This document shows, one piece after another, positions 18,484 to 28,555 of a DNA stretch of 64,000 bases. The stretch is from a virus (lineage: Duplodnaviria > Heunggongvirae > Uroviricota > Caudoviricetes). Position numbers and translations under genes: made by a program. Numbering within the stretch: the first letter of the stretch is position 1; every line of letters begins with the position of its first letter. The notes under the pieces are model-generated. The model did not search any database. It had not been told where the DNA came from and worked only from the letters and a program-made list of their open reading frames with translations. The DNA lies in IMG/VR virus record IMGVR_UViG_2700989400_000004, positions 1 through 64,000 of that record, one strand, 5' to 3'.

Positions 18484-20568
18484 TTACTCTTCGCTTCCGG
18501 TCAACTGCTTAACAAGCGCAACCAGTTCGCTTACCTGATTTTCAAGCGCGGTAATGCGTGCATCTTGAGTAACTATGGCTATATCTTGATCCTTACATAC
18601 TCTGACGAGATATCCAACGATGCCGGAGTAATTAACACCCAAAACAATTTTTTCACCAGTAAGCACGGTGCCGTCACTTGTCGGTCCTGGCATCTCTTTT
18701 GTTATTGTTACTTCGCGAACTACTTGCGGCAATATCTTTTGCCATTCCTGTGCTATAACACCAGCGCACGCCCTATTATCACCAATAAAATTGAATGTAT
18801 ATCCGTTAACGTGCTGCAATAATTTTCTGGCCTCCTGTATTTCCATAATATTTTCTTTTTCATTTATATCTGATGTTTGTGTTAATTCTGAGCAGGAGAC
18901 TTTACCGGATGTGAAGATATCTGCGGTTGATGTTATTTTTTGTGAGAAGTTGGCTGTTGCTGTTACGTTCATTTTTCCAGCAAATACAGCGTTGGAGTCC
19001 GACTGAAGTTTTGTTTTTGCTCTTACTGTACCTGCGGTTATTGTTGTTGGCGATGATAACTGCTCCGCATAGGATTGCGCATTGGCTTCTGATTCTGCGG
19101 CTGCGGCTGCTGCTGCTGCTGCGTTTTCCGCTTCAGATGTTGCGGTGGCGGCACGCTCTTCAGCCAGCACGCTGTAACCCTCTGCAGCGTCTCTCGCGGC
19201 TATGGCTTCATCCCGCGCGCTGGTCGCTGTGTTAGCGGCGCTGGTCGCGGCGGTCGCGGCACTGGTAATGGTAGCCGCCTGTTCAGTTGCAGTGGTTGCC
19301 TGCGCCACTGCTTCATCGCGGGCCGCTTCAGTGGCGGTCTGCGCGGTCTGTGCCGCTTCTGCGGCTTGGGTGGCGGCGGTTGCTTTTTGGGTTGCTGTAT
19401 TTACGGCGGCTGATATCTTCGATTCGTCTATAGCAATACTACTAGCGCTTGCTTCCGCTGCTTCTGCGGCGGTTTCTGCGTCGTTTTTATGCTCAAGCGC
19501 TGCGGCGGCGGCAGTGGTTGCCTCATTCGCTTTTTGGGTCGCTGTGTTAGCGGCGCTGGTCGCGGCGGTCGCGGCACTGGTAATGGTAGCCGCCTGTTCA
19601 GTTGCAGTGGTTGCCTGCGCCACTGCTTCATCGCGGGCCGCTTCAGTGGCGGTCTGCGCGGTCTGTGCCGCTTCTGCGGCTTGGGTGGCGGCGGTTGCTT
19701 TTGCTGCCAGTTCTTTTTCATCGATAGCGATATTAGCGGCGGTTGTTTCTGCTGCTGCGGCTGCGGCTTCGGATTTCTCCGCTTCTTCCTTCGCATACAT
19801 GCGCAATTCATAAACAGCGGCACGATCTGCCGCTACGGCTTCGGCATCTGTATTGGCTGCTGCGGCGGCTTGGGTGGCGGCTGACGCCTGTTCAGTTGCT
19901 ACTGTTGCTCGTTCAGTTGCGACGACTGCTCTCGCGGTAGCTTCGTCGCGTGCTGCTTCGGTAGCAGTCTGCGCGGTCTGTGCGGCGGTGGCGGCATTGG
20001 TGGCGGTAGTAGCTTGTTCGGTCGCTACGGTTGCCTGTGTGGCGGCGGTGGCGGCTTGTTCACCAGCCAGCACGCTGTAACCTTCTGCGGCATCTTTCGC
20101 GGCAATAGCTTCATGCCGCGCGGCGGCGGTTGTTTCAACGTCTGCGGCGGTGGCGGCGGCGTTGGCGGTTGATTGCGCTGTTTCTGCCTGAATAGCGGTT
20201 AACAGTGCTTCTACCTGCGCGGCATCACCATAATTTTTCCAGTATTCAACGGCGGCATAGATCTCTGATTCCTGCCCGGTGAAATAGCGTAATGCTTCCG
20301 CTACGTCTTGCGCCAGCCCGTCAACTGAGATCGAATCGCACAGTAAAATACTGTAAGCAGTACCCGCCGGAATATCCGGTGATGCTGCCGGGGTTATAGA
20401 TAATTCCGTTTCACTGACAATTTCAGTGATGGAAAAGATCTGAATAGGGTCGCTTTTTACAATAACTGTGCACCCCACGCGGATCATGGATAAGGGTGCT
20501 TTAAAATTTGTACCCGTCCCGGTCAGCGTGTTACCGGATACGGCAATACTTCCAATGGTGTAGATCAT
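18484..20568 (-). CDS. side tail fiber protein with Ala/Thr-rich tandem repeats and C-terminal intramolecular-chaperone (S74-like) domain
   Basis: 694 aa; repeated ATQKATAATQAAEAAQTAQTATEAARDEA units; C-terminal SDINEKENI autoproteolysis-type motif. Confidence 0.7.
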   Translation of the reverse strand: MIYTIGSIAVSGNTLTGTGTNFKAPLSMIRVGCTVIVKSDPIQIFSITEIVSETELSITPAASPDIPAGTAYSILLCDSISVDGLAQDVAEALRYFTGQESEIYAAVEYWKNYGDAAQVEALLTAIQAETAQSTANAAATAADVETTAAARHEAIAAKDAAEGYSVLAGEQAATAATQATVATEQATTATNAATAAQTAQTATEAARDEATARAVVATERATVATEQASAATQAAAAANTDAEAVAADRAAVYELRMYAKEEAEKSEAAAAAAETTAANIAIDEKELAAKATAATQAAEAAQTAQTATEAARDEAVAQATTATEQAATITSAATAATSAANTATQKANEATTAAAAALEHKNDAETAAEAAEASASSIAIDESKISAAVNTATQKATAATQAAEAAQTAQTATEAARDEAVAQATTATEQAATITSAATAATSAANTATSARDEAIAARDAAEGYSVLAEERAATATSEAENAAAAAAAAAESEANAQSYAEQLSSPTTITAGTVRAKTKLQSDSNAVFAGKMNVTATANFSQKITSTADIFTSGKVSCSELTQTSDINEKENIMEIQEARKLLQHVNGYTFNFIGDNRACAGVIAQEWQKILPQVVREVTITKEMPGPTSDGTVLTGEKIVLGVNYSGIVGYLVRVCKDQDIAIVTQDARITALENQVSELVALVKQLTGSEE
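19226..19706. repeat. in-frame tandem duplication (315-bp period) inside tail fiber gene
   Basis: Near-identical about 165-bp segments at 19226-19392 and 19541-19706. Confidence 0.7.
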
Positions 20569-20608
20569 CGCAATGACTCCATTATGTTAATTAACGGAAT
20601 AATTCTAC

Positions 20609-20651
20609 CATTTTGTGATCTGCGTTGCATTTTATGCTTGCACAAAATGTA
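20609..20651. promoter_or_regulatory. palindromic element CATTTTGTG-N25-CACAAAATG upstream of tail fiber gene
   Basis: Perfect 9-bp inverted repeat enclosing TTTTGTGATCTGCGT; related copies upstream of L, tape measure and M. Confidence 0.5.
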
Positions 20652-20753
20652 TTTATTGATTTATGCCAATACAATAAATCATTTACAGTGAATGTAACTT
20701 GCCACAATTTATGATGTAAATTATTGGCGTAAAAATAAAAACAATGCATAAAA

Positions 20754-20771
20754 ACGGGGCTTATGCCCCGT
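20754..20771. terminator. bidirectional hairpin terminator between J and tail fiber
   Basis: ACGGGGC TTAT GCCCCGT flanked by T-tracts on both strands. Confidence 0.5.
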
Positions 20772-20778
20772 TTTATTT

Positions 20779-23700
20779 TTATGCTGTAGTTGATGCGCTA
20801 AATGATCCTGTTCCTCTTGATACTAGCATTGTCGGAGAATACAAAGCCATACAATATGAGTAGCCTTCTGATGCTGATGTTTGTGGGCAATATATTTCCC
20901 CGGTAATCCTTGATGTTGTTAAACCAGAAAAAGCGCATTGCACTGTTAATGTGCATCCACCATAAGGTACGTAGTATTGAATTGTTTTACTTTGACCTCC
21001 GCAACTAAACGTTACGTTATAAGTTGATCTATATTCACCAGATGTCAATGTAATCGTTGCCATAAGCATAACTGATTTCGTCAATGCACTGGTTGTGCTG
21101 TCGTTATATGTGATGGTTGCTTTATAACTTCCGTTATACCCAAGTACTCGATCTGGACCAACACCCATGTTAGCAACGTCACCAACAAATGATGTGGCTT
21201 CAACTACTCCCTTAAATTTACCGTCAGTTGCGTTAATAGTACCATTAAACACCCCAGAATTAGCGTATACCGTGCCGCGTACTGTTACGTTATTAAATTC
21301 AGCGTTACCATTCTTATTAATCATCCACCCGGCGGAACCGGAAACATAATTGGATGATTGGATTTGCTGCGCAATTTTTGCGGTAGTAATCGATGCGTCT
21401 TTAATAAACGCTTCGCGCACATACATTGCACCATTCGTAACATAGAAAGGTGTCGTATATGTGCCGTTTGCCGCCGTCATTAACACAAAGCGGTCAACAA
21501 GGAAAATGCACTGCGATTGTGTGCTTGTGCCGCTGCCAGTCAGGCCAAGCGAGATACCGGAAAAATATTTCATTCCGTTACTGTCTGCGGCGATCTTAAC
21601 GCTCCACGTTGCCGACATGTCTGATTCAAGGCTGGTGATAGCGGTTTTGTTTTCCTCAATTGATACTGATTGCCCCTCAATTGACGCCGTGATACTTTCG
21701 ATCTGTGTGGCGGTCGATTCCTGGTAAGACGTAAACGCTTCGCTCCACTCCGTAATCGACGCCTCGTTTGCTTCCAGTGATGCGCTAATCTGCGCAAACT
21801 GTGTAGCGTTGGCTTGTTCATGTGTGGCTAATGCCTGATCCACGCTGCTGATCGCTGATGAGATATCGCCGTCTACTTTCGCCTCAAGGTTATTGATGGA
21901 TTCAGCCGTGGATGATTCCAGATCGGTGATTGTCTGGTTGATCTCCGTTAAGCTGGCCTGGATATCCTCGTTTACCTGGCTTTCCAGTTTTTCGATTGAT
22001 TGGCTTGTTGAGCTTTCAAGCGTCGCGATGGTCTGCTGTAGTTCGGTTACGTTAGCGCTGATTTCGTCATTAACCTTGCTTTCAAGCGTGGTAAGCGCCT
22101 GCGCGGTCGCTTCCTTCTCTGTAGCAATAACTGAATCAATGCGCTCGATTTCCGCCTTCGTTTCTGCTTTCTGGTTTTTATATTGCGCCGTTAACGTGGT
22201 GCGGGTGCTGGTGTTAGCCAATGAGTTATTCATAAGCGCAATGGCTGCGTTTTGCAGGCTGGCGCGGGTCTGCATTAGCTCGTTTTCTTGCTCCGTCAAT
22301 TCTACGCTGATTTCGTTAATCTGGCTTTCATGCTCCCCGATCCCGTCCTCGTTGTTTTTTACACGTTCTTCCAGATCGGCGGTTGACTCCTTCAGGTCGG
22401 TAACAGCCTGGTCAATGTCTACCGTGGTTTGTTTCAGTTCTTCCACGTCACCCATTAAACCGCCTGTTACTTCGCCTATGGAGTCCTTGATCATGTTCTG
22501 GAATTGCTCGCCTTCCATAACTTCATTCAGCACGGCGTCTGTAATTTCCTCGAAGTTTTCGGAAGGTTTACCGCTGGCTTCGATAAAGTCAGATACACCG
22601 AAAGCGTTTTTTGTGCGCACGTAAACGTAATACGTATGGCCCGTTGCCATACCGCCGAAGGTCCATTGATACCCGCGCCCGGTGAATTGCGCTGATGTTG
22701 TTACCTGGCTGAAGTCAGTGATCTGGTTTTCTCCGGCATAATAGAATTCGTAACTGGTATCGGTCGTTAGCGTGGTGCTGCTGATCGGGTAAACAGTCGC
22801 CTGGAAAACACCTGGCACCCAATTAACGCCGACCGGGGCCGCTGGCGCACCAATCACCAGATCTACAATACTTTCCGCCCCCTTCATGCCAGTGTCATTA
22901 CGCCCGCGAATACCCAACGTGTAATTCCCTGCGTCGAGGCCATAAAATTCATAACGGTAATTCGTGGTTTCATAACTTGCCACCACGCGCCCGTCTGCGT
23001 TATATACGCGGATTTCGAAGGTCAGGGGATGCGTTGTTGTCTGCGTCTCCCAGGTGGCGCGGCATTGAACCGTTTCTGACCCAACGTTTACCACTTTCAA
23101 ATTTTCGATGTTCGGGACACGGAAGTGATTTAGCGTGTCGCTACTGATTTCGAAGATTGCGCCTTCATCGACTACCGCCTGTTTGTTCGGGTCGTGCTGC
23201 GCGGCTTCGATGGTGTATACGCTGTTATTTTCGGTTTCGGCTACGCTGGTGATCCGGCATAAAACGGGTTTTGCTGCTTCAGTGGATACAGCGAAAACGG
23301 TCCCGTTACGAATCCACGCCGGGGCCGCCGCTAAGGTGATCTCATTTCCATTCACCCCGGTGATCTGGTGTTTTTTAAATTTGCCATCACTATCGAGCAA
23401 GCTGATGGTGTCGCCTGCGGTGATGTATTCTGAATCAACCTTATCGACCGTTATCACCTTGCCATTGTTCGCCACGATACGACCGCCTAAACGAGCGCCC
23501 GCGCGGTTATTGTCGAGGATCTCGATGATATCCCCTGGTGTAAAGTGAATCGCGTCACGGGCCATTTTAAACGTGAATTTTGACGGCTCGCGTTTTGCTG
23601 TTTCTATCAGCCACTTGCCCGCGCGGTACGCTTGCCCGCGTGATGTGCACCCGAACGCCTCTAACGTGGTTTCGTTGTAACCATCACGGGCGATCAGTTC

Positions 23701-24960
23701 ATCGTCTGCTACATACTCTTTTGATTGCTCCCAGCCGTTCTTCGGGTCAGTCCAAGATACGATCACGGCGTTATAACATTCCGCACGGGCGATACTTGAA
23801 CGAGTAAACGCGCCATCAACGACATTTGCATTTGTAATAGTGGCGATCGGATCTTGTGGCGCATCGATCATCACCGTAAGGCGTTGTCCGTCCCATAGCG
23901 CCATACCTCTGAACATCCCGGCGATATTGTCCAGTAAGTCGCGGGCGCTCATCTGCTCTGTAATGTACGCATTAAGCGTAACGCGCGGCTCAAGGCCGCC
24001 GTAACCATCATTGACTAACTGGTCGCAGTATTGGGAAAGCGTATATAATGCGCCGTCATCAACATCAATATAGCCAGCATGACGGGCAAGGCCAAAACGC
24101 TCGTTTTTAACCAGATAACGGAAGATCCAAGCGGGGTTATTAGTGTACGCCTGCTTGAAGCCGCCAAGCCATAATCCTGAGTAAGTGCGCGTTTCCGGGT
24201 TGTAGTTATCAGGGATATCAACAATCAGCCCGCGGAGGTGATAAGTGCGGGTAGGCGTGTCAGCGTACTGATCATGGTCGATCACTGCGCCAGCTATAGC
24301 CGTGTGAGGGTAAGATAGGTTATCGTCGATAATTTCACTGTAACTATTCCATCGTGTATTGTTGTTCAATAAATCGCCAGTGCTATCGGGTGTAATACGA
24401 CGAACCCGAATATCGAACGGGCTTTCACTAGGTGCGCAAATAATATGAGACTCAAGATATTCACCGCTAATTTTACCGGTAATAGAAACGGCTTTAACAG
24501 GCGTCCATATCGTTGATGATGATGGTTTTACGTCAATCATCATCATAACGGTTGAATTGTATTGATTCCCTTCATCATCGCTTTCTACAAGAACATCCAC
24601 CCCAACATTCAACCTGACTCGCGTCACGTTGGGATCGGATACAGTGCGAACTAACGGGGTGTCGTGTGTTACCTCGGTGTTAACCATAACGGTCGATTCA
24701 ATAGCATTAAAACCATTGATCGGCGATTGGTTAAGTGTACCAGGACGCCAGGCGACACTAACGCCGGGGATACTGACATGACCCGCAGTATCCGTAATAG
24801 GTGTATCATTAAGCATCACGCAGTTCAACGGCGCGGCAGCATTAACCGGACCGTAGATCGGGCCTTCACTCAATATATCTAATACGCGATAAAACTGTTT
24901 ATGATACAAATTGTCATTAAGTAAATCTGGTGTGCTACCGCCACCACCACCACCGCCCAT
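20779..24960 (-). CDS. host specificity (central tail fiber) protein, lambda J-like
   Basis: 1393 aa; size, position after I/K/L and N-terminal conservation; divergent coiled-coil-rich C-terminal half. Confidence 0.8.
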   Translation of the reverse strand: MGGGGGGGSTPDLLNDNLYHKQFYRVLDILSEGPIYGPVNAAAPLNCVMLNDTPITDTAGHVSIPGVSVAWRPGTLNQSPINGFNAIESTVMVNTEVTHDTPLVRTVSDPNVTRVRLNVGVDVLVESDDEGNQYNSTVMMMIDVKPSSSTIWTPVKAVSITGKISGEYLESHIICAPSESPFDIRVRRITPDSTGDLLNNNTRWNSYSEIIDDNLSYPHTAIAGAVIDHDQYADTPTRTYHLRGLIVDIPDNYNPETRTYSGLWLGGFKQAYTNNPAWIFRYLVKNERFGLARHAGYIDVDDGALYTLSQYCDQLVNDGYGGLEPRVTLNAYITEQMSARDLLDNIAGMFRGMALWDGQRLTVMIDAPQDPIATITNANVVDGAFTRSSIARAECYNAVIVSWTDPKNGWEQSKEYVADDELIARDGYNETTLEAFGCTSRGQAYRAGKWLIETAKREPSKFTFKMARDAIHFTPGDIIEILDNNRAGARLGGRIVANNGKVITVDKVDSEYITAGDTISLLDSDGKFKKHQITGVNGNEITLAAAPAWIRNGTVFAVSTEAAKPVLCRITSVAETENNSVYTIEAAQHDPNKQAVVDEGAIFEISSDTLNHFRVPNIENLKVVNVGSETVQCRATWETQTTTHPLTFEIRVYNADGRVVASYETTNYRYEFYGLDAGNYTLGIRGRNDTGMKGAESIVDLVIGAPAAPVGVNWVPGVFQATVYPISSTTLTTDTSYEFYYAGENQITDFSQVTTSAQFTGRGYQWTFGGMATGHTYYVYVRTKNAFGVSDFIEASGKPSENFEEITDAVLNEVMEGEQFQNMIKDSIGEVTGGLMGDVEELKQTTVDIDQAVTDLKESTADLEERVKNNEDGIGEHESQINEISVELTEQENELMQTRASLQNAAIALMNNSLANTSTRTTLTAQYKNQKAETKAEIERIDSVIATEKEATAQALTTLESKVNDEISANVTELQQTIATLESSTSQSIEKLESQVNEDIQASLTEINQTITDLESSTAESINNLEAKVDGDISSAISSVDQALATHEQANATQFAQISASLEANEASITEWSEAFTSYQESTATQIESITASIEGQSVSIEENKTAITSLESDMSATWSVKIAADSNGMKYFSGISLGLTGSGTSTQSQCIFLVDRFVLMTAANGTYTTPFYVTNGAMYVREAFIKDASITTAKIAQQIQSSNYVSGSAGWMINKNGNAEFNNVTVRGTVYANSGVFNGTINATDGKFKGVVEATSFVGDVANMGVGPDRVLGYNGSYKATITYNDSTTSALTKSVMLMATITLTSGEYRSTYNVTFSCGGQSKTIQYYVPYGGCTLTVQCAFSGLTTSRITGEIYCPQTSASEGYSYCMALYSPTMLVSRGTGSFSASTTA

Positions 24961-24973
24961 AGTAACCCCCTTA

Positions 24974-25456
24974 TTAACTTACAACATCTAAGGCGTCTTT
25001 ATTATTGGTTGTGTCAATACCCAGGGAACCAACATTTGACCCTATTTTCATTTCACCCAATAAGATTGGAACGGGTCGCCCCTGGCCTACTCTGTTTTCT
25101 ACACTGGTGTAAGTGTTATTAGTGATGCGCCCATCCTGCGCACTTTCTGCTGATGTTTGCGGCTTCATGTTGCGATACATATAAATAGAATAAGCGACGC
25201 TCGCCACCGTAAGGCCAACCAAAAGCCAACCAACAAGACCAATCCCAGCTACCCCGCCCTCGATTAACGGCGCGATAATAATTGTCGTTCCGTCTGGATA
25301 TTTGTTATTAACAGCCACTACGCAATTTTTTTCATCACAATCCCTTCCTGCGATCCGCAATCGTAATGGCGTACCTAAAAATGCTCGCTTAAAATCCTGA
25401 TTTTGTGCAACCAGCAAGCGAAGTCCCTGCGCTGGTGTTTCGACATTTAGACACAT
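24974..25456 (-). CDS. tail assembly protein, lambda I-like
   Basis: Position and size; hydrophobic central segment; start from internal ATG. Confidence 0.65.
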   Translation of the reverse strand: MCLNVETPAQGLRLLVAQNQDFKRAFLGTPLRLRIAGRDCDEKNCVVAVNNKYPDGTTIIIAPLIEGGVAGIGLVGWLLVGLTVASVAYSIYMYRNMKPQTSAESAQDGRITNNTYTSVENRVGQGRPVPILLGEMKIGSNVGSLGIDTTNNKDALDVVS

Positions 25457-26178
25457 TTTGCTGTAATATCTTCGGAAATTGCCCGTAAATCTAAATCTGA
25501 GCATTTGTTATACCTCCATACTGAATGCATTTGCTTGATATACGCGGGGCGCATTTGCTCTCTACGACTTAACAAACCAGCGATATCGTGATGTAAAATA
25601 GTGTTATTGCCTAAATAAACCATTGCGTGGCACGGATCAGCGCCTTTAAACGGCTGCCTGATGATCACGTCCCCCGGCTGAATACTTTGCGCGTCAACCT
25701 GGAAAAACCCGTTTAACGGCAAGTTTTTTAAATACAGGTTTTCACCACGTAACCACCACCCATCAACGCTTTCGAAGTCAGGCAGATCCACACCGCAAAG
25801 GTGATAAGCATCCCGAAAAAGCGTGTAACAATCAGTTGTCCCGTATATGAATTTTCGGCCTAACAGGTGCGCCACCGGACGGAATTTTCTAATCTTCCCG
25901 CCGGAGTATAAGAACCACGGCAGCCCGGAAATAACTTGCCGTTGTCGATCTATTGCCGACAACACCGGAACATCATCAACGTGAGAGTGAAAAACGGCAG
26001 TTATAACTCCTAACTCGTCCGCCTTGATGTAATCGTCCGGCGAGATTTTGAAACTGTTGCGCGGCGTTTCTGACACGTTAGCGCACGGGTAAAAATACTC
26101 GTTATCTACTACTAATCCGCAGACTTCCTCAAACGGGTGAGCGGCGGCATAACGAGACATTAAATCTTCCATCACCAT
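25447..26178 (-). CDS. tail assembly protein, lambda K-like (MPN/JAB plus NlpC/P60-type)
   Basis: Start MVMEDLM with AGGGTGA Shine-Dalgarno; HSHxD-like metal-binding region. Confidence 0.7.
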   Translation of the reverse strand: MVMEDLMSRYAAAHPFEEVCGLVVDNEYFYPCANVSETPRNSFKISPDDYIKADELGVITAVFHSHVDDVPVLSAIDRQRQVISGLPWFLYSGGKIRKFRPVAHLLGRKFIYGTTDCYTLFRDAYHLCGVDLPDFESVDGWWLRGENLYLKNLPLNGFFQVDAQSIQPGDVIIRQPFKGADPCHAMVYLGNNTILHHDIAGLLSRREQMRPAYIKQMHSVWRYNKCSDLDLRAISEDITAKCV

Positions 26179-26180
26179 AA

Positions 26181-26885
26181 TCACCCTACCTTGCTGGAAC
26201 CAGGGAAACAGGCGATCGGTAGCGCTGCTGGACGCGGGAAACGTAAACGACAACCGCTTAGGCGGTGACTGCATCTATCTAAATTCAGATCATTGGTTGG
26301 TACATCCTTATCAGTAGCCACCGGACCGCCAGAATACATACATCCATCGCCCCTATATTGCCATTGACAAACATCCGCCAGGATAGTCCGGCCTGGGATA
26401 ATCGCTTTATCTGCGTCAATCGGCGTTGATAACTCATACTGAACCTGATCTGCTGTTTCTTCTGCCATTGCTTCAATGACGTAAAAAGATACAGCCTCAA
26501 TAGATGGATCTGCGTCTGGATTGCCGTTAGGGAAGTTAACGGCGTCCAGGTATTTAACCTCCACCTGGCGGCGCGTAACCTTCATTCCTCTAAGGTCGTT
26601 GAAATCGTTATTCATCCCCGTAATGAGTCCGCCGATATTGGCTACAGCCATTTGAGGACGTGAATAAACGCCCTCGTTTTTCATTTCGAAGCCAGTAGCC
26701 TCGATCGGGTAGCTGTTGTAAGTTAATCCCTTCCAGATAACCGGGCCGTAATAGCCATTCGCGCCGGAATGGAAGCGGATAACCTCGCCACCCAGGGGCG
26801 ACAAGTCCAGTTCGAACAAGTCAATCACCGCGCCCACACCAGCGTCCACGGAATCAATAATCATCTCTGTAGGTATATTGCGCAT
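26181..26885 (-). CDS. minor tail protein, lambda L-like
   Basis: Start MRNIPTEMII with AAGGTGA Shine-Dalgarno; position before K. Confidence 0.75.
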   Translation of the reverse strand: MRNIPTEMIIDSVDAGVGAVIDLFELDLSPLGGEVIRFHSGANGYYGPVIWKGLTYNSYPIEATGFEMKNEGVYSRPQMAVANIGGLITGMNNDFNDLRGMKVTRRQVEVKYLDAVNFPNGNPDADPSIEAVSFYVIEAMAEETADQVQYELSTPIDADKAIIPGRTILADVCQWQYRGDGCMYSGGPVATDKDVPTNDLNLDRCSHRLSGCRLRFPRPAALPIACFPGSSKVG

Positions 26886-26900
26886 TTTCTCACCTTCTGA

Positions 26901-26938
26901 TTTTGTGATCTGCGTCACGCTAAATCATACCAAAATGG
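26901..26938. promoter_or_regulatory. conserved TTTTGTGATCTGCGT...CAAAATG element upstream of L
   Basis: 15/15 identical core to the stf-upstream copy. Confidence 0.5.
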
Positions 26939-27014
26939 ATTGATCGCGGTTTATACAATATGTATATTTTACTCAAACGGAAGCACAGTTAACAAAATGG
27001 CGCGGAGGTGTGAG

Positions 27015-27170
27015 ATGGCTGATAAGGTGTGGAGGTTGAAGGTATTCCTGTCAGGTGGCAGGGAAATGACTGTAGCTCTGTATAAAGACGAAGGCGAGGC
27101 ACTGACTGACGCGCTATTACTCACTGAAGACGAACGCGTTTTGGGGTACAGAATCGAACCTGTCAAATGA
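27015..27170 (+). CDS. small hypothetical protein (antisense cassette)
   Basis: 51 aa with GGAGG Shine-Dalgarno. Confidence 0.3.
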   Translation: MADKVWRLKVFLSGGREMTVALYKDEGEALTDALLLTEDERVLGYRIEPVK

Positions 27171-27182
27171 GAGGTTAACGAA

Positions 27183-27530
27183 ATGCAAAAATATAGTCTT
27201 GATGTGTGGTTAAGTGGTTGCAAGGAGTGTTTCGGATTATTTGATAGCGAAGAGGCAGCTTTGGAAGAAGGAAGGATTCTTGAATGTAGTTTAGGCCATC
27301 CAGTGAAATATGCCGCTAATCCGGTGCAGATAATTGATGAGGTGGAAAACATGAACCCGAAAGATATTAACTTTAACGTCAATGTTGAATTTGCTGATTC
27401 TATGGATCAGTCTTGCCCTGGTGAAATACACGTAAAAGGTTTCCCGGCAGACGACATGAAAGCGAAACATGAATACGAAAAAGCGGCGAAAGATTTCTGC
27501 ATCGACAATCTGAGCGCGTTTAATAAATAA
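27183..27530 (+). CDS. hypothetical protein (antisense cassette)
   Basis: 115 aa ORF on strand opposite to tail operon. Confidence 0.45.
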   Translation: MQKYSLDVWLSGCKECFGLFDSEEAALEEGRILECSLGHPVKYAANPVQIIDEVENMNPKDINFNVNVEFADSMDQSCPGEIHVKGFPADDMKAKHEYEKAAKDFCIDNLSAFNK

Positions 27531-27539
27531 GGCGGCAAT

Positions 27540-27788
27540 ATGGCGCGGCGTAATCACGGGGATTATGTGTACACGTTGAAACAAGCCGCCCGCCTTATTG
27601 GCTATCATGAGCATGAATTTATTGATTTGCTGATTGAGCGCGGGATTCTGTACCAGGTTTGTTTAACGTTGTACCCAAAAGCTAAATACCTACAGGAAAA
27701 ATTATTCATCATCATGACGGATGAAAACCAAGTTAATCATTCATTCGTCACTGACAGGGGCGTTAATTATCTGCGTGATAACTTATAG
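27540..27788 (+). CDS. hypothetical protein (antisense cassette)
   Basis: 82 aa; tightly spaced after previous ORF. Confidence 0.4.
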   Translation: MARRNHGDYVYTLKQAARLIGYHEHEFIDLLIERGILYQVCLTLYPKAKYLQEKLFIIMTDENQVNHSFVTDRGVNYLRDNL

Positions 27789-27880
27789 GCGGTAATTATG
27801 GATGAAGTAATCGAAAATGTTTTGGTAGTGGCTGGCGCGATTGCCATCGTTTATGCCTTTCTGAATTAATGGGGTGAATC

Positions 27881-28018
27881 ATGAAAATTGAAGTTTTAGC
27901 ACTAATAGCAATGGGCTTGATAGTATTTGGCGTGCACGCTGCGGATTGGGACTGGTGCGCAATAGCTGAGAACATGGCGCACGCTCACCCAATAGGCTTG
28001 ATGCACATGAACTTCTAA
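27881..28018 (+). CDS. small protein with signal-peptide-like N-terminus
   Basis: 45 aa MKIEVLALIAMGLIVFGVHAADWDW... Confidence 0.25.
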   Translation: MKIEVLALIAMGLIVFGVHAADWDWCAIAENMAHAHPIGLMHMNF

Positions 28019-28022
28019 CACG

Positions 28023-28044
28023 AAAAACCCCGCTTCGGCGGGGT
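28023..28044 (-). terminator. hairpin terminator
   Basis: CCCCGC ttcg GCGGGG with T-tract on minus strand. Confidence 0.45.
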
Positions 28045-28062
28045 GTTATAGGTAGGTGAGAC

Positions 28063-28239
28063 ATGAAAGAAGGTGTGACTTATCAGCATGTGTATACATT
28101 TGAAATTTACCGCATATGTGATGGTTATGTTGAAGAGTATAAAATCTTCCCCCGTGGATACTGGAAGAGAGTTAAGATTTCTGTAAGGTTATTAAAGAAA
28201 ATGTTTAAAAGAGGATTAATTCAAGAAATTGATTTTTAG
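28063..28239 (+). CDS. small hypothetical protein
   Basis: 58 aa, followed by strong hairpin. Confidence 0.3.
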   Translation: MKEGVTYQHVYTFEIYRICDGYVEEYKIFPRGYWKRVKISVRLLKKMFKRGLIQEIDF

Positions 28240-28243
28240 TAAA

Positions 28244-28278
28244 CAATAAGGGGGTTACCCCCCTTATTGTTTTATTTG
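28244..28278 (+). terminator. rho-independent terminator (bidirectional)
   Basis: CAATAAGGGGG/CCCCCTTATTG stem plus T-tract. Confidence 0.55.
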
Positions 28279-28359
28279 TCGTGACGACTTTCTATTTCAT
28301 AGATGATCGCCATTCCTACCGCGATAATAAATACCATTACCAAGCCATCAACCAGCATA

Positions 28360-28545
28360 TTAAACGCCCTCAATCAAGAATAAATATTCCTTCCCTTCGT
28401 AAGATCTGCATCCCACATACCCGTCGCCGTAGTCATGCAGATACCAGGTGTTCCCCTTATCACTCACCACTGTGAGATTATCGATCTGGTAGTCTTCGAA
28501 TAGCGTAAATGATTCATCGCCAGTCTTAACGCACATCCCGTACAT
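28360..28545 (-). CDS. hypothetical small protein
   Basis: 61 aa ORF between M-like gene and antisense cassette. Confidence 0.3.
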   Translation of the reverse strand: MYGMCVKTGDESFTLFEDYQIDNLTVVSDKGNTWYLHDYGDGYVGCRSYEGKEYLFLIEGV

Positions 28546-28555
28546 ATTGCCCCCT

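Noticed and set aside
19202-20080. Ala/Arg/Leu-rich ORFs on both strands inside the tail fiber gene (19202..19813 +, 19428..19823 -, 19489..19884 +, 19853..20080 +)
   Set aside because: Alternative-frame artefacts of the GC-rich repetitive fiber coding sequence; low-complexity composition.
21893-22624. 243-aa plus-strand ORF inside the J-like gene
   Set aside because: Antisense to a long conserved structural gene; Ser-rich low-complexity translation.
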